Notes under the pieces: model-generated
What the model was told of the DNA's origin: nothing
The model's database searches: none
The model's input: the letters and a program-made list of their open reading frames with translations, nothing else
From: a virus
Lineage: Duplodnaviria; Caudoviricetes
Virus record (IMG/VR): IMGVR_UViG_3300021092_000138
Span: 1-29,203 of that record
Length of the DNA: 29,203 bases
Reading direction: 5' to 3' (one strand)
Made by a program: the position numbers and the translations under genes
Part shown: in pieces, positions 26,101 to 29,203 of the stretch
Numbering within the stretch: position 1 is the stretch's first letter
How the letters are laid out: each line of letters begins with the position of its first letter

Positions 26101-27537
26101 ATAGGAACATTCAAGTTTGATCAAACTAATAATATTGCCAAGTATAGTCCATTAACTCCATATTCTGGAACTGGATTATTCAATGTAATTACTGGATTTA
26201 GTCCAGAGGATACGATAGCTTATCCTGGCGGCCCTGGAGTTGGTAAATCTTGGAGTTTCACAAGATCCACTTATATTACTTCTGGTATTGTAACTATTCC
26301 TGGTAATGCATTAACCAGACCGGTAAGAACATTTACATATTCTGGATCTGGAAATGCAACTATTTCGCAACAAACAACTGCAACATTAGAAAAAGAGGTA
26401 GATGCTTATCGTGGATCCGGTTCCATAACTCTTAGTGCCGGTGCTGACAAGATAATTAGAAAAATTCTGATAAACGGTAAAGGAACTTTATTTGTAATAT
26501 CTGGAATTTCAGAAACATTAGAGTCAATATCTGCACAGACTCCAGAGAATACTGTTTTATATCAATTTACCTCTTCTGCAAATGAGTCTTTATCAAGCAT
26601 ACCTCCAACAGATCAACCAACATTAAGTATTAATGGTGCAGCTTCTGATGAAAGTATTACTATATCTGAAGTTGGAACTGGAGTAATACCTGTAGATGTA
26701 TTTGGTGTTGCTGCAGTAAGTGCTTACACTCCAAGTATTTCTAATACTGTACTATTTAAGTTTACTCAACATACTTCGGATGTTCTTTATGATTCCTGTG
26801 ATAGTGAAGAATTTACATGTGATTATCAAAATGCAGCGAATATAACATTTGTTGCGAACCCTGTTGAGGATACAATACTATTCACATTAAGTGGAGTTGC
26901 TTCTACAAGAGAAATTGCAACTTATTCTTATATTGGTGTTGGAGTAGAGTCAATTTTTGGATCTTATCAGAGTGTTAAATTTGTAAGTTCGGAAATTGGA
27001 TTTGGAACTATCTTTATTGCCACATCTTCTGGTGAAAAAGAGGTAGATACTTATAATGGATCTGGTAGTCTGTTTGCTCTTTCTGGTAAATCAGAATCTT
27101 ATTCTGCACAAACTCCAGAGTCTACGATACTTATTTCTATCAATGGTTCCGCAACAACCAAAGTTGAATCCGAATACTCTGTTGTTGGAATTGGAATATT
27201 CAATATTAGTGGAACTTCATCAACCAAAAAAGTTTCAACTTACACTCAAATTGGGTCTGGAATTGCAACTTTATCGGGAGAACTTCTATATCCAAATATT
27301 ATATTCATACCTGCATATAAGAGTTCTGGATCAATTAGTATTCTTGGATCTTCAAATAATTTTGTTGTCAAAATCTACAAAGATACATCTGGATCTTTAT
27401 TTGGATTCTCTTCAGGATTTGAGTCGTTTACTAAATCAACTTATGTCGGACTTGGAACAATTTATATTCAGGAAACTTCGGGAACAACTATTAACAATCC
27501 ATTCCAGATTCCAAGAACTTATGTTGTTATCATTTAA
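23119..27537 (+). CDS. Long acidic Ser/Thr/Gly-rich repeat structural protein
   Basis: 1472 aa built from 20/21/30-aa modules ending in SG, with DYG motifs and no recognisable enzymatic motif. Confidence 0.8.
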   Translation: MAVYVYNLDNPEVNNPYSTEDYGLISSASTSSEDIGAVSDGSPTFNFLEDDWYNISVSESLVPYGNIGTLSTLQESASYQYISSGILFEFTSETLTENVVFTWVGNGTVFEIGNGLERTVNAYLSSGTLRLDTAVAETALESTTISPVGDTTLYTITGNYTGLQFIAQIPENTQLFSISGVAIENDTESYVGSGNIQIFGSAEERFITGNYTGSGTLFSLDTAEESITYDYNESSITESIVDYGSIVDVLSGIPLDYGQVSGTPIPQIGDYAFIVDPVIPYPFGGMSLSGSAICSANYRLYIDGIAIVRASYSEVVSGSIVLSTSALESETESYIGLGTLTFSGTALEAYSAQTPENTQLFTISGTALEAYSAQTPENTQLFSISGVAVEKDVDSYVGLGTLTFSGTALEAYSAQTPENTQLFSISGVALEAYSAQTPEDFVLYTFSGTALEAYSAQTPEDFVLYTFSGVAVEKNTESYVGIGTLFEFGQLVERVTYDYNESSIIEGALDYGLIIHNPTEQPADYGDVYLSPTGLTLDFGEVSAVVPSIVGELVYPFGPINVVNGFSPQDTEAYPGGPSVGKSWSFTRKGYIGDTALYSISGIASCRETAAYNYFPSGLFTITNTSIIHPFVDYTPHYGIEKNIGIGTTGIKISGELLHPNIDYTPHYGIEKNIGIGTTGIQISGTALEAYSAQTPEDLVLYTFSGTALEAYSAQTPEDFVLYTFSGVAVEKNTESYVGLGTLTFSGVAIEKDVDSYVGLGTLTFSGIAIEKDVDSYVGLGNLTLSGTALEAYSAQTPENTQLFSISGVALEAYSAQIPENTQLFTISGTALEAYSAQTPEDFVLYTFSGVAVEKNTESYVGLGTLTFSGVAVEKDVDSYVGLGTLTFSGTALEAYSAQTPENTQLFSISGVALEAYSAQTPENTQLFSISGELLHPNIDYTPHYGIEKNIGIGTTGIKFGIGVGTAPDSEGNLRDAKTYSNRYPINDKVPGTGIGTFKFDQTNNIAKYSPLTPYSGTGLFNVITGFSPEDTIAYPGGPGVGKSWSFTRSTYITSGIVTIPGNALTRPVRTFTYSGSGNATISQQTTATLEKEVDAYRGSGSITLSAGADKIIRKILINGKGTLFVISGISETLESISAQTPENTVLYQFTSSANESLSSIPPTDQPTLSINGAASDESITISEVGTGVIPVDVFGVAAVSAYTPSISNTVLFKFTQHTSDVLYDSCDSEEFTCDYQNAANITFVANPVEDTILFTLSGVASTREIATYSYIGVGVESIFGSYQSVKFVSSEIGFGTIFIATSSGEKEVDTYNGSGSLFALSGKSESYSAQTPESTILISINGSATTKVESEYSVVGIGIFNISGTSSTKKVSTYTQIGSGIATLSGELLYPNIIFIPAYKSSGSISILGSSNNFVVKIYKDTSGSLFGFSSGFESFTKSTYVGLGTIYIQETSGTTINNPFQIPRTYVVII
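24101..24585 (+). repeat. Coding tandem array 1 of 60/63-nt modules
   Basis: Near-identical units encoding (T/V)ALEAYSAQTPENTQLF(T/S)ISG, (T/V)ALEAYSAQTPEDFVLYTFSG and VAVEK(DVD/NTE)SYVG(L/I)GTL. Confidence 0.95.
24995..26000 (+). repeat. Coding tandem array 2 of 60/63/90-nt modules
   Basis: 15 units: the same three module types plus three copies of a 30-aa unit (HPxxDYTPHYGIEKNIGIGTTGI). Confidence 0.95.
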
Positions 27538-27541
27538 TTCT

Positions 27542-27549
27542 GATAAATA
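27542..27549 (+). promoter_or_regulatory. T4-type late promoter (GATAAATA)
   Basis: 7/8 match to consensus in the 48-nt intergenic gap before the fibre gene. Confidence 0.65.
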
Positions 27550-27585
27550 AATCAGAAGAAATAGTAATTTGAGTCGTATAGTACT

Positions 27586-29203
27586 ATGACCAAGCAGGTA
27601 CAGCTTAGAAGAGGAACCACAGCAGAACATTTAGTATTTACGGGGGCAGTTGGAGAGTTAACAATTGATACTAATCTAGATGTCGCAGTGGTCCATGATG
27701 GATCTACTGCTGGCGGTCATTATCTAGTTGGTGCAGCTTCGACTCAAAATTTAATTAATAAAGTTTCAATTGGAATTGGAACTAGTGGAACTGCAGTTGC
27801 TTTAGACGTAATTGGAGATGCTGTATTTGCTGGTAATGTAAATGCCAGAAGTTTATCTATAGCTTACAACCAACCTGTTGAAAGGACCGGTATTATAAGT
27901 TCAACTCCAGACGTTCTAATTATTGGAATTTCTACGAATGATATTCGCGTAGGATATTCTGTTACTAATTCCACATATGTTTCTGTTGGAACAACAGTGG
28001 TAGGTATTGAAACCGGTTCTATCATTATAAGTCAATTTACCACAGATGCCCAAATATCAACATCTGCTTATCTAGTTACTTCTAATGGAAATGAATTGTC
28101 ATCCCCTGCGGGCATTGATACATCCGTTTTAGCTGTCGGATATGGAGTTAGTGGTTTTGGGATTGGTGCAGGAACAACCATCCTTTCTCTAGGTACTGGA
28201 TTTGTAACTCTATCTCAAAATACAACCGGTACTGTTGGAGTTTTAACTGTATCTGGAACAGTTTCTTCAGCTGGTACAATAATTACTGGAATTGATACTT
28301 CTAATTTGGCAGTGGGATATGATATAATATTTGATCCTTCTAGTGGATTAACTGCGGCCGCCAATATTGAAAGTATTGGAGTTGGCGAAATAACAATAAA
28401 TGAAACTAATAATGTAACTGGAACTAGAGATTTTGAATTTACTCAACTTAATGATTATTATTTTTCAAATTTAAGCATATCAACAAGTTTTACTTTCACT
28501 GATCCCATTGTCGGTAAAGCATTCATTGATGTCCTAGATGTTCAAGAAGAGTCGGTTTCTAGATTAAACGTAACCAGTGAATCAAATGCAAATACTTCAA
28601 GAATAAACACAGGAATTATAACCACTGCAGGGATTTCTAGTGCTAGAGTAGATGATTTCTTTGCAACTTCTGGTATCGTAACCACTGCAGGGATTTCTAG
28701 TGCTAGAGTAGACAACTTCTTCGCAACTTCTGGTATCGTAACCACTGCAGGAATTTCAAGTGCTAGAGTAGATGATTTCTTTGCAACTTCTGGTATTGTT
28801 ACAACCTTATTTGCAACTACAGAGTATATTGATACTGCAAATATTAATGGTGGTATCGCTACTAGTTTTAACATTACAAATGCTTATGTAGCTTCAGGTA
28901 TTATAACTAATCTTTATACCACAACTTTATCAGCTAATAATGGTTACATCAACTCTGGTATCGTAACCACTGCAGGAATCTCTAGTGGTAGAGTAGATGA
29001 TCTTTTTGTAACTACAGGTATTGTAACTACTGCAGGAATTTCTAGTGGTAGAGTAGATGATCTTTTTGTAACTACAGGTATCGTAACTACTGCAGGAATT
29101 TCTAGTGGTAGAGTAGATGATCTTTTTGTAACTACAGGTATTGTAACCACTCTATTTGCAACTACAGAGTACATTGATACTGCTAATATCAATGGTGGTA
29201 TCG
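27586..29203 (+). CDS. Tail fibre-like protein with Mtd-N-like N-terminal domain, 3'-truncated
   Basis: Not in the ORF track because it has no stop in the window. Manual translation MTKQVQLRRGTTAEHLVFTGAVGELTIDTNLDVAVVHDGSTAGGH... stays open to the window end (539 codons). QLRRGT...GE...DT...HDG is the major-tropism-determinant N-terminal pattern, followed by IGIGT and pentad repeats. Confidence 0.88.
   Translation, partial: MTKQVQLRRGTTAEHLVFTGAVGELTIDTNLDVAVVHDGSTAGGHYLVGAASTQNLINKVSIGIGTSGTAVALDVIGDAVFAGNVNARSLSIAYNQPVERTGIISSTPDVLIIGISTNDIRVGYSVTNSTYVSVGTTVVGIETGSIIISQFTTDAQISTSAYLVTSNGNELSSPAGIDTSVLAVGYGVSGFGIGAGTTILSLGTGFVTLSQNTTGTVGVLTVSGTVSSAGTIITGIDTSNLAVGYDIIFDPSSGLTAAANIESIGVGEITINETNNVTGTRDFEFTQLNDYYFSNLSISTSFTFTDPIVGKAFIDVLDVQEESVSRLNVTSESNANTSRINTGIITTAGISSARVDDFFATSGIVTTAGISSARVDNFFATSGIVTTAGISSARVDDFFATSGIVTTLFATTEYIDTANINGGIATSFNITNAYVASGIITNLYTTTLSANNGYINSGIVTTAGISSGRVDDLFVTTGIVTTAGISSGRVDDLFVTTGIVTTAGISSGRVDDLFVTTGIVTTLFATTEYIDTANINGGI
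28621..29203 (+). repeat. 60-nt coding tandem repeats inside a 345-nt higher-order repeat
   Basis: 3x TTAGISSARVD(D/N)FFATSGIV (28621-28800) and 3x TTAGISSGRVDDLFVTTGIV (28966-29145), each followed by TTLFATTEYIDTANINGGI. Confidence 0.95.

Noticed and set aside
27056-27550. 164-aa same-strand overlapping ORF, possible frameshift product
   Set aside because: Its Leu/Gln-rich composition is typical of an off-frame read, the main frame continues the repeat pattern to its own stop, and I saw no convincing slippery site.
24386-29192. Minus-strand repetitive ORFs (24386-24571, 25070-25351, 25595-25780, 28542-28874, 28944-29192)
   Set aside because: They are antisense shadows of the coding tandem repeats; a stop-free unit propagates automatically.
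27586-29203. Diversity-generating retroelement suggested by the Mtd-N-like domain
   Set aside because: There is no reverse transcriptase in the window, differences between repeats are not adenine-specific, and Mtd-N occurs in many non-DGR fibres. The C-terminus lies outside the window, so a DGR cannot be fully excluded.

Overview
AT-rich (roughly 30-33% GC by eye), densely coding, all-plus-strand virion morphogenesis block of a T4-like myovirus, most consistent with a cyanophage (Kyanoviridae-like). Gene order: 5'-truncated giant gp7-like baseplate wedge initiator (>3850 aa), gp8 baseplate wedge, VrlC/DUF4815-type structural protein (2500 aa), 81-aa, 110-aa and 225-aa small proteins, a 335-aa protein with strong expression signals, a terminator, a 1472-aa acidic repeat protein, and a 3'-truncated tail-fibre-like gene with an Mtd-N-like start (27586 onward, absent from the ORF track). 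T4-type late promoter motifs sit at gene junctions. Main observations: (1) three nested helical domains in gp7 that resemble phycobiliproteins, including the KCxRDxGY bilin-attachment motif; (2) repeated 'Russian-doll' domain-in-domain nesting in gp7, the 335-aa protein and the fibre; (3) a candidate filament module of a high-copy subunit plus a low-copy cassette-built repeat protein. All family assignments come from motif recognition by eye; no searches were run.
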